Below are positions 1 to 6,397 of a stretch of 24,000 nt of DNA, one piece after another; within the stretch, counting starts at the first letter, position 1, and every line of letters starts with the position of its first letter. The stretch covers positions 1-24,000 of the forward strand of contig DASWLD010000099.1 in the NCBI GenBank assembly GCA_036396275.1. The letters are read 5' to 3'. The notes under the pieces were generated by a model. That model did no database searches. It was not told where the DNA came from and saw only the letters and a program-made list of their open reading frames with translations. The DNA is from Burkholderiales bacterium (GTDB lineage Bacteria > Pseudomonadota > Gammaproteobacteria > Acidiferrobacterales > Sulfurifustaceae). A program made the position numbers and the translations under genes.

Positions 1-41
1 TGCGGAGCCGTTGCAAGACGACCCCGGGTGTAGCGCGATTT

Positions 42-323
42 TCATTTCACCGTCGACGGATAACCCGCGTTGGTCGTTGCCTTGATCAGCGCGTCGACGT
101 TGGTTTTGGCGTCGTCGTAGGTCACGACCGCTTCCTTGCGCTCGTAGCTCACGTCGGTCCGGGACACGCCGGGCACGCGGTTCAACGCCTTCTTCACCGT
201 GATCGGGCAGACCGGACAAGTCATGTTCCTCACCGCGAGCGTCACGGTGTTGGTCGGGGCGGCGGCCGTGCCGGCGAGCGCCACGAGCACCGCGGCGAAT
301 GCAAAGGTTGCGAGTTTCTTCAT
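42..323 (-). CDS. merP: MerP, periplasmic Hg(II)-binding protein
   Basis: ORF 42..329(-). Best start is ATG at 323 with AGGAGA 7 nt upstream (track start 329 is TTG). Signal peptide MKKLATFAFAAVLVALAGTAAA, then TVTLAV-NMTCPVCPITVKKAL...AGYPSTVK, colinear with Tn21/Tn501 MerP including the CxxC site. Confidence 0.93.
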   Translation of the reverse strand: MKKLATFAFAAVLVALAGTAAAPTNTVTLAVRNMTCPVCPITVKKALNRVPGVSRTDVSYERKEAVVTYDDAKTNVDALIKATTNAGYPSTVK

Positions 324-350
324 TGGCAAATCTCCTACGATAATATTCGG

Positions 351-522
351 GGAACCTATAAAAATTACCTAAGACAACCTCTTTCCGCAGATAAACGCGG
401 ATTGGAAACCGGATAAACGCAGATAACTCGTTGGCCATAAACCCGTTTTGAATTCGCGTTCATCTCTATTTCCTATCTGCGTGCATCTGCGGATGCAATG
501 GTTTTGAATTAGTAGAGGTTCC
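351..522 (-). repeat. AT-rich imperfect long palindrome (MITE-like insertion or structured RNA spacer) between merT and merP
   Basis: Outer arms GGAACCTATAAAAATT (351-366) and AATTAGTAGAGGTTCC (507-522) are 13/16 complementary. Nested perfect 8-bp pairs: 385-392/485-492 (CCGCAGAT/ATCTGCGG) and 418-425/474-481 (CGCAGATA/TATCTGCG). Direct repeat GATAAACGC at 390-398 and 412-420. Visibly AT-rich against GC-rich flanks, with no convincing ORF. Confidence 0.5.
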
Positions 523-523
523 T

Positions 524-874
524 TCAATAAAAGAGCGGTGCCATGTAGGGGAAGCCGAACCCCACGACGACCAGCGCCGCCACTATCCAGAAGGTGATCT
601 TGTAAACACGGCGCGTCGCCGGAACGGCGCAGATCTCGCCGGGCTTGCAATCGGCGACGGGGCGGAAGATGCGTCGATAAGCGAAGAATAGGGCAACGAT
701 CGCCGCGCCGAGAAACCACGGTCGGAACGGTTCGAGCGCGGTCAGGTTAACGATCCAGGCACCGCCGAGACCGAGCGACAGAAGCACCAATGGCCCGAGG
801 CAGCAGGCCGATGCCAGGACCGCCGCGAGTCCGCCGGCGGCCAGGGTGCCGGTGCCGATTCTGTCTTGGGACAT
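524..874 (-). CDS. merT: MerT, inner-membrane mercury transporter
   Basis: Internal ATG at 874 of ORF 524..1027(-), with AGGAG upstream, giving 116 aa. TM1 vicinal Cys (LASACCLGPLVL) and second pair (CKPGEIC). Colinear with Tn501 MerT to the C-terminal PLFY. Confidence 0.93.
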   Translation of the reverse strand: MSQDRIGTGTLAAGGLAAVLASACCLGPLVLLSLGLGGAWIVNLTALEPFRPWFLGAAIVALFFAYRRIFRPVADCKPGEICAVPATRRVYKITFWIVAALVVVGFGFPYMAPLFY

Positions 875-908
875 GCCGTCTCCTTTAACGACGTTTGACG
901 ATGCCCTA

Positions 909-939
909 AGCTTAGGTCCGTACTTGAGTGCGGAGTCAA
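909..939 (-). promoter_or_regulatory. merO/P: MerR operator-promoter of merTP
   Basis: Minus strand reads TTGACT (939-934), a 19-nt spacer CCGCACTCAAGTACGGACC, then TAAGCT (914-909). The dyad TCCGCAC-TCAA-GTACGGA closely matches the Tn501 merO TCCGTACATGAGTACGGA. It lies between divergent merR and merT. Confidence 0.85.
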
Positions 940-943
940 GCCG

Positions 944-1372
944 ATGACCACGACGACAGTGGGGTTCACGATCGGACGGCTGGCCGCCGCCGCGGAGGTG
1001 CACGTCGAGACCGTGCGTTACTACCAACGCATCAAGCTGATGCCGGTGCCGAAGCGGGCGCCGGGCGGCACGCGCCGCTACGGCGACGACGAACTAACCC
1101 GGCTTAAGTTTATCAAGACCGCGCAGGCGCTTGGCTTTACGCTCGAGGAGATCGCCGATCTCGTGAAACTCGATGACGGTACGCACTGCACGCAGGCGCG
1201 CGATATCGCCGCGCACAAGCTCACGATCGTGCGCGCAAGACTGCGCGACTTGGAAAATATCGAAAAGACGCTGGCCGGCCTTGTGCGCCAATGCGAAACC
1301 CGCCGTGGCACCGTCCGCTGCCCGCTGATCGACAACCTGACCAAAAACCACCGACACAATCGGCCGCGTTGA
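944..1372 (+). CDS. merR: MerR, Hg(II)-responsive transcriptional regulator
   Basis: 142 aa. N-terminal HTH (TIGRLAAAAEVHVETVRYYQR), then DDGTHC plus C-terminal QCETRRGTVRCPLI, i.e. the three Hg-ligand cysteines of MerR. Divergent from merTP. Confidence 0.93.
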   Translation: MTTTTVGFTIGRLAAAAEVHVETVRYYQRIKLMPVPKRAPGGTRRYGDDELTRLKFIKTAQALGFTLEEIADLVKLDDGTHCTQARDIAAHKLTIVRARLRDLENIEKTLAGLVRQCETRRGTVRCPLIDNLTKNHRHNRPR

Positions 1373-1437
1373 TCGGCGTCGAACCTGAGACACGCAGAGA
1401 CCGTAACAAATGAGAAAGCCGCTCCCTCATCCCATAC

Positions 1438-1451
1438 ATGGACGCCCCCCT
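1438..1451. repeat. 14-bp inverted repeat, left copy (ATGGACGCCCCCCT)
   Basis: Exact reverse complement of 2814-2827. The match stops on both sides. Confidence 0.75.
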
Positions 1452-1705
1452 GTTTGCCAAGCAATCCTTCGGCCATGACAAAGCAGGTAAAGGTTGCAGC
1501 CATACATCCGGCCTTTGGTGTGGCGATGTGCCACGGGCCCTGATGGAATCTGCTGGCCGGCTCCTCTATCAACCTATCGCGCTTTCGCGCATTGGGGTGA
1601 GCGGGCTTTGCCGGTCCTGGTCTGACCTGTTGTGCCATCACGGTTGTGGATTGCCTGTGCAACTCGGGTGAAGTTTTGCCGTTCGATTAGTCGATGTGAT
1701 CTTGA
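1452..1705 (-). ncRNA. Candidate bridge-RNA-bearing non-coding end of the IS (3' of the transposase)
   Basis: 254-nt non-coding stretch with several local hairpins on the minus strand, e.g. GCGC-GAAA-GCGC (1579-1590) and GTGGC-n5-GCCAC (1520-1534). In IS1111-type elements the long end 3' of the recombinase is where bridge RNAs are described. Loops and guides were not resolved by eye. Confidence 0.3.
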
Positions 1706-2743
1706 TCAGGCCACCGCTTTCACGGCGACATACGTGGCCGAATAGGCGCGATCGTGTTTGAGCAGGGCCCAGACGATTCGCGCGTTCTCGTTGGCAAGCG
1801 CCACGGCCGCGATATTCTTGTGTCGTCGCCTCGCCAACTGCGTGAGCCAGCCGTTACCGGGGTCGAGCTTCTTCGTGGCCACGTTGAGCACCGCGCGGGC
1901 CCCGTGGATCAAGAGCGTGCGCAGGTACGCATCGCCGCGTTTGCTGATACCGAGCAACATCGGTTTGCCGCCGCTCGAATGCTGCCGCGGCACGAGCCCG
2001 AGCCACGCGGCGAGTTGCCGGGCGTTGTCGAAGTTTTGGGCATCGCCGATCGAGGCCACGAGCGCGCTCGCCGTGAGCGGACCGATGCCGGGGATGGCGG
2101 CAAGTCGGCGGCTTTTTTCGCTTTGCCGGTGCCAGGCCACAACCTCGGCTTCCAGGGCGCGGACCTGCGCATCGAGCGCTTGCAGGTGCTGGCGCAGGCG
2201 CTCGAGCAATTCCCGCATGCGTGCGGGCAGCGCGCTGTCGGCATCATCGAGAATTCGCGGGAGTCGTTCACGAAGCTTGGCGATGCCTTGGGGAATCACG
2301 ATGCCGAATTCCGCCGCCAACCCGCGAATCTGGTTGGCCTGCGCGGTGCGCGCCTTCACGAACCCGGCGCGTGCGCGATGCAGGGCGAGGAGCGCCTGGG
2401 CATCCGGGGTTTTCACCGGGACGAAGCGCATGCTCGGGCGGGTGAGCGCCTCGCAGATGGCCTCGGCATCGGCGGCATCGTTCTTGTTACTTTTGACGTA
2501 GGGTTTGACGAATTGGGGGGCGATCAATCTGACATCGTGCCCCAAGGCGGCAAACTTCCTCGCCCAATGGTGCGCACTGCCACAGGCTTCCATGCCGACC
2601 CGACAGGGTTCGAGGTTGGCAAAGAAGGTCAACACCTCGGCACGCTTCAGTTGTTTGCGCAACACCGCCTTACCCTGTTCGTTGATGCCGTGGACCTGAA
2701 ACACGTTCTTTGCGAGATCAATGCCTATGGCGGTAAGCTTCAT
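1706..2743 (-). CDS. IS110-family DEDD transposase/recombinase
   Basis: 345 aa. N-terminal IGIDLAKNVFQVH...GMEACGSAHHWAR (RuvC-like DEDD domain). C-terminal IPGIGPLTASALVASIGD..F.NARQLAAWLGLVPRQHSSGGK (Transposase_20-type domain). RBS AAGGGGA upstream. Confidence 0.95.
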   Translation of the reverse strand: MKLTAIGIDLAKNVFQVHGINEQGKAVLRKQLKRAEVLTFFANLEPCRVGMEACGSAHHWARKFAALGHDVRLIAPQFVKPYVKSNKNDAADAEAICEALTRPSMRFVPVKTPDAQALLALHRARAGFVKARTAQANQIRGLAAEFGIVIPQGIAKLRERLPRILDDADSALPARMRELLERLRQHLQALDAQVRALEAEVVAWHRQSEKSRRLAAIPGIGPLTASALVASIGDAQNFDNARQLAAWLGLVPRQHSSGGKPMLLGISKRGDAYLRTLLIHGARAVLNVATKKLDPGNGWLTQLARRRHKNIAAVALANENARIVWALLKHDRAYSATYVAVKAVA

Positions 2744-2813
2744 AGCGGATGTCCCCTTTCGTTAAGTGGTTGGAAAGACACTTCCACTTTGGCACCTTGA
2801 TGCCGTTGATAGG

Positions 2814-2827
2814 AGGGGGGCGTCCAT
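2814..2827. repeat. 14-bp inverted repeat, right copy (AGGGGGGCGTCCAT)
   Basis: Exact reverse complement of 1438-1451. Confidence 0.75.
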
Positions 2828-2836
2828 TCCATTAAC

Positions 2837-2857
2837 CCTTCTCCCTCCGGGAGAAGG
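2837..2857. repeat. REP-like hairpin 1 (CCTTCTCCC-TCC-GGGAGAAGG)
   Basis: Perfect 9-bp stem with a 3-nt loop, followed by the tail GGATGAGGGAG (2865-2875). Confidence 0.65.
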
Positions 2858-2904
2858 ACAGGATGGATGAGGGAGATTTTTGCCGCGGTTTCCCTCACCC
2901 CTAA

Positions 2905-2927
2905 CCCCTCTCCCGGAGGGAGAGGGG
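2905..2927. repeat. REP-like hairpin 2 (CCCCTCTCCC-GGA-GGGAGAGGGG), inverted copy of hairpin 1
   Basis: Perfect 10-bp stem. The loop GGA is the complement of hairpin 1's loop TCC. It is preceded by TCCCTCACC (2891-2899), the complement of a GGTGAGGGA tail, so the two units are tail-to-tail. Confidence 0.65.
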
Positions 2928-2995
2928 AACTGAAGGTATGCCCTATTTAGCTGTCTGCTCAGTAATCAGACCTTCCCTTATATACGCACAAGGCC

Positions 2996-3026
2996 TTGAC
3001 CTGGAGTGAACTCCAAGTCTTAGGCT
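2996..3026 (+). promoter_or_regulatory. MerR-family-type promoter/operator upstream of the first ATPase
   Basis: TTGACC (2996-3001), 19-nt spacer, TAGGCT (3021-3026). The spacer carries the dyad ACCTGGAGT-GA-ACTCCAAGT (2999-3018, 8/9 symmetric). A 19-bp spacer with a centred dyad is the MerR-family hallmark. Confidence 0.65.
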
Positions 3027-3056
3027 TTGGATGTTCTGCCACAGAACCCGGTACCG

Positions 3057-5534
3057 ATGAGTATCCATCGCGGTTTAGATACCGCCCACAAAGCGTTTGC
3101 ACAAACCAGCGACGCCGCGACACCGACGGTCAAGCGCCAATACAAGATCGGCGGCATGGCTTGCTCGTTCTGCGTGGCAAGCATCTCCAAGGCGCTTGGG
3201 CGTTTGGCCGGGGTGCAGCGCGTGAATGTCAACCTCGCGCACGAAGAAGCGCTGGTCGAATTCAATCCGGCGCGGGTGACATCGCGCGAGATCGAGCGCA
3301 CCTTGCGCGATCTCGGCTACACACTGCGCGACCCGGATCGGTTGCGGGCGTTCGAGCAAGAAGCGGCGGAACTGGAGGAAGCGCGCGCCAATCTGTTGCT
3401 CGCCGGTGCGCATACGCTGGTCAGCTTGGGCGCGATGTCGCTCATGTGGTTGGAATGGATGCCGCCCCGAGGGATGGCGGCGATGTACTGGTTGATGCCG
3501 ATCCTCGCGCTCTCGGTCATGTTTGGACCCGGCTGGCACATTCTCGAAATGGCGTGGGCCAGCTTGCGCCGCGGCATCTTGAATCAACACGTGCTGCTCG
3601 AGTTCGGTGCGTTCGCCGGCTTGATCGGCGGCTTTCTCGGCTACGCGTTCGCGAGTTTTCCGCTGCCGGACTTTTTCGGCGTGACCGTCTTCGTCACGAC
3701 CTACCATATTCTGTCCGGCTACGTCTCGTTGCTGGTGCGCACGCGCGCCTCGCAGGCGGTGCGTAAGCTCCTGGCGCTGGTGCCACCGGTCGCGCATGTC
3801 GTGCGCGATGACGGTCGCGAGGAAGACGTGCCGCTCGCCCAGGTTCGCGTTGGGGATCGCGTGCGCGTGCGACCGGGCGAGTCGATACCGGTGGATGGCG
3901 CGGTGATCGACGGCGGCTCGGCCGTCAACGAAAGCCTGGTGACGGGCGAAGCGATTCCGGTGGAAAAGCAGCCGGGCGACGACGTGATCGGCGGCTCGAT
4001 CAACCAGGTGGGCACGCTGCTGATACGCGTCACGAAAGTCGGCGAGGAAAGTTTTCTGAGCCAGGTCGTGCGCCAGGTCGAAGAGGCGCGCGCGCTCAAG
4101 CCCTCGATCCTGATTCTGGTGGATCGTATTCTGCAAGTGTACGTGCCGGCGGTGCTGTCGATTGCCGCCGCCGCGTTTCTCTTTTGGTCGCTTGGTACTT
4201 GGCTGCTTGTCGGCGCGCCGGACTGGACGCGCGCGCTGTTCGCCGCACTCGCGGTGCTGGTGATGGGTTACCCGTGCGCGCTCGGCATGGCGACGCCGCT
4301 CGCCATGATCCGCGGTGGCGGGCTGGCGGCCGAACGCGGCATCTTGATGCGATCGGCCGAGGCGTTTCAGGCGCTCAAGGATGTGCGCACGATCGTGCTC
4401 GACAAGACCGGCACGCTCACGCAAGGCAAACCCGCGGTGGTGCGGATCGTCGTGCTCGATGGCCGCGGCGAGGACGACCTCTTGCGTCTCGCCGCTTCGA
4501 TCGAAAGCGCCTCGGAACATCCGCTCGCGCGCGCGGTCGTGGCGGAGGCCGCGGCGCGCGGATTGACCTTACTCAAGGCCGATGCGTTTCAATCCGAAAC
4601 CGGACGCGGCGTACGTGCACGCATCGGCGGTCGGTTGTGCCTCGTCGGCAATCCACGCTTCATCGAAACCGAGGGCGTCGATCTCTCTCACGCGCACACA
4701 ACCGTGGCCGCGCTGCAAGCGACCGGTAATACCGTTATCGGCGTCGCCGTAGACGACACGCTCGCCGCACTGATCGCCATCGCCGACCCGCTCAAGCCCG
4801 ACGCCGAGGAAACCATTGCGCGGCTGCGCGCGGCGGGACTCCAACCGGTGATGTTGACCGGCGATCACGCGCGCACCGCACGAACGATCGCGGCCAAGCT
4901 CGGCATCGACGACTACCACGCTGACGTACTGCCCGGGCAAAAAGCCGAAACCGTGCGCGCGCTGCAACGCGACGGCACGCGCGTCGCCATGGTCGGCGAC
5001 GGCATCAACGACGCGCCGGCGCTGATGCAAGCCGACGTCGGCATCGCCATCGGCGCCGGCACCGATATCGCCATCGAAGCGGCGGACGTGGTGTTGATCG
5101 GGACGCGCCTACGCGGCGTAGTCGATGCGTACCACATCGGCAGGGCGTCGTATCGCAAGACGGTGCAGAACCTCGCGGCTGCCTTCGCCTTCAACGGCAT
5201 CGGCGTGCCGCTCGCCGCGACCGGCGCCGTGCATCCGGTGTGGGCCATGATCGCGATGGCCGCGAGCGTCAGCACGGTACTCGCAAATTCCTTCGGCGGG
5301 CGGTTGTTGCCGCGGCGACACGGACCGCGCGCCGAGGCGACGTTCAACATCGCCAATATGCATTGTAAGCAGTGCGTCACGACCATCGGCGACGCGGTGC
5401 GTGCTCTGGACGGCGTCGAGCGCTTCAGCGGGGACGTGCCGCGCCGGCGGGTGTCGGTGGCGTATCGCACCGACCGGATCGATCCGGCCACGATTCGCGC
5501 GGCGATACAGGCACGGGACTATGAAGTCGAGTAA
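3057..5534 (+). CDS. P1B-type heavy-metal-translocating ATPase, atypical (TM4 YPC; N- and C-terminal HMA domains)
   Basis: ORF 3027..5534. ATG 3057 is preferred because the TTG at 3027 abuts the -10 box. Motifs: N-terminal [41 protein letters not shown]4 reads VMGYPCALGMATP, TM5 AFAFNGIGVP, TM6 MAASVSTV. C-terminal HMA-like domain NMHCKQC. Confidence 0.93.
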   Translation: MSIHRGLDTAHKAFAQTSDAATPTVKRQYKIGGMACSFCVASISKALGRLAGVQRVNVNLAHEEALVEFNPARVTSREIERTLRDLGYTLRDPDRLRAFEQEAAELEEARANLLLAGAHTLVSLGAMSLMWLEWMPPRGMAAMYWLMPILALSVMFGPGWHILEMAWASLRRGILNQHVLLEFGAFAGLIGGFLGYAFASFPLPDFFGVTVFVTTYHILSGYVSLLVRTRASQAVRKLLALVPPVAHVVRDDGREEDVPLAQVRVGDRVRVRPGESIPVDGAVIDGGSAVNESLVTGEAIPVEKQPGDDVIGGSINQVGTLLIRVTKVGEESFLSQVVRQVEEARALKPSILILVDRILQVYVPAVLSIAAAAFLFWSLGTWLLVGAPDWTRALFAALAVLVMGYPCALGMATPLAMIRGGGLAAERGILMRSAEAFQALKDVRTIVLDKTGTLTQGKPAVVRIVVLDGRGEDDLLRLAASIESASEHPLARAVVAEAAARGLTLLKADAFQSETGRGVRARIGGRLCLVGNPRFIETEGVDLSHAHTTVAALQATGNTVIGVAVDDTLAALIAIADPLKPDAEETIARLRAAGLQPVMLTGDHARTARTIAAKLGIDDYHADVLPGQKAETVRALQRDGTRVAMVGDGINDAPALMQADVGIAIGAGTDIAIEAADVVLIGTRLRGVVDAYHIGRASYRKTVQNLAAAFAFNGIGVPLAATGAVHPVWAMIAMAASVSTVLANSFGGRLLPRRHGPRAEATFNIANMHCKQCVTTIGDAVRALDGVERFSGDVPRRRVSVAYRTDRIDPATIRAAIQARDYEVE

Positions 5535-5576
5535 GCGGCTTGCCGTTTCGAAAGCGGCTTACTTGAGGATACCGAC

Positions 5577-6083
5577 ATGAAACGCAATCTGATCGTGTTG
5601 ATACTGGCATCGGTAATGATCGGCGTGTTCGTCATCGCGACCCGGTTCCTGACCGGCAGCGTGGTGCCGCCGGTGGACGGCTACCTCGAGGGCGAGCACA
5701 TCCGCTTTATCCACACCGAAGCCTCCGATACCAAGATCGTGGCGCTGCTCACCGAGATGAAGGGTTCGCCGGTACTGTTGGTACCGGCGCTCGCGCGGGC
5801 GCCGGTGGAATTGCTCGCAAACGTTTATGTCTTTACCAACGGCATCCAGGGCGACGGACCGCTCAAGTTCCAAAGGGACGTATTCGATCGTCCGCCCGGC
5901 ACGGCGGGCTACAGTCCGTTGCGGCGAATCAATCTGGTAACCTGGAAAAACCCGGGCACTGCACGCCTGCTCAAGACCGCCGCCACCATTGAGGCGGCCA
6001 AGGCCAAGGGCGAGGTAACCATCGAGCAGCCGGGCGTGGTCGTCAACATGCCGCTGCTCACCTGGCCCGGCGGGCATCGGTGA
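5577..6083 (+). CDS. Membrane-anchored periplasmic protein of unknown function
   Basis: 168 aa with GAGGA RBS. N-terminal TM anchor, then VFTNG...GYSPL...LVTW...GEVTIEQPGVVVNMPLL, a pattern I recall from a widespread uncharacterised family. No Cys. Confidence 0.7.
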   Translation: MKRNLIVLILASVMIGVFVIATRFLTGSVVPPVDGYLEGEHIRFIHTEASDTKIVALLTEMKGSPVLLVPALARAPVELLANVYVFTNGIQGDGPLKFQRDVFDRPPGTAGYSPLRRINLVTWKNPGTARLLKTAATIEAAKAKGEVTIEQPGVVVNMPLLTWPGGHR

Positions 6084-6110
6084 ACAACAATAGGATTAGC
6101 CGTCTAACGA

Positions 6111-6389
6111 ATGACTTCCATGCGTATTAACGTCGAAGTGTTCTCATCGCCCGGATGCAGCCGCTGCCAAGCCGCACGCGAGGAATTGCAGACGATCGTC
6201 GCGCAGCTCGGCCACGATCGCGTCGTATGGCGCGAGATCAACGTCGTCGACGAACTCGATTACGCCGTGCGCCTGGGCGTGCTGTCGACCCCGGCGATCG
6301 CGATCAACGGCGAGCTTCGGTTTCGGGCGCTGCCATCGGCGAAGAAACTACGCCGCGTGCTCGAAGAAATCCTCGAATCGTCCGATTAA
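6111..6389 (+). CDS. Small thioredoxin-fold protein (glutaredoxin-like/Thioredoxin_3 type), cytoplasmic
   Basis: 92 aa with no signal peptide. Active site SPGCSRCQ near the N-terminus and a cis-Pro region LSTPAIAING. An alternative start exists at ATG 6120. Confidence 0.8.
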   Translation: MTSMRINVEVFSSPGCSRCQAAREELQTIVAQLGHDRVVWREINVVDELDYAVRLGVLSTPAIAINGELRFRALPSAKKLRRVLEEILESSD

Positions 6390-6397
6390 CGTAAACT

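Larger units (their letters stand above)
1438..2827 (-). mobile_element. IS110-family insertion sequence (IS1111-like layout); boundaries provisional (maximal 1421..2876)
   Basis: Single transposase ORF flanked by a perfect 14-bp inverted repeat (1438-1451 / 2814-2827). Short 84-nt end 5' of the gene and long 268-nt end 3' of it. The 1390-bp size fits the family. Confidence 0.55.

Noticed and set aside
369-969. Minus-strand ORFs 369..719 and 742..969
   Set aside because: They overlap merT in other frames or the AT-rich spacer, with no RBS and no recognisable domain.
875-1027. N-terminal extension of the merT ORF (track start 1027)
   Set aside because: It would run through merO/P and into merR. 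The ATG at 874 with an AGGAG RBS gives a 116-aa MerT colinear with known MerT.
1373-1451. Possible Tn21/Tn501-type 38-bp terminal inverted repeat next to merR (minus strand starts GGGGGGCGTC...)
   Set aside because: Apart from the GGGG..CGTC start it does not match the Tn3-family IR as I remember it (no ...ACGCTAAG inner end). The same 14 nt recur inverted at 2814-2827 flanking the IS transposase, which explains it better.
1754-2800. 348-aa and 247-aa + strand ORFs overlapping the IS transposase
   Set aside because: They are antisense to a clearly recognisable IS110 transposase. The Arg/Ala/Gly-rich composition is typical of shadow frames in GC-rich DNA, and no domain is recognisable.
3075-5491. 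Long minus-strand ORFs (481, 153, 192 aa etc.) inside the first ATPase gene
   Set aside because: Shadow ORFs opposite a gene with complete P-type ATPase motifs, with low-complexity R/A/H-rich translations.
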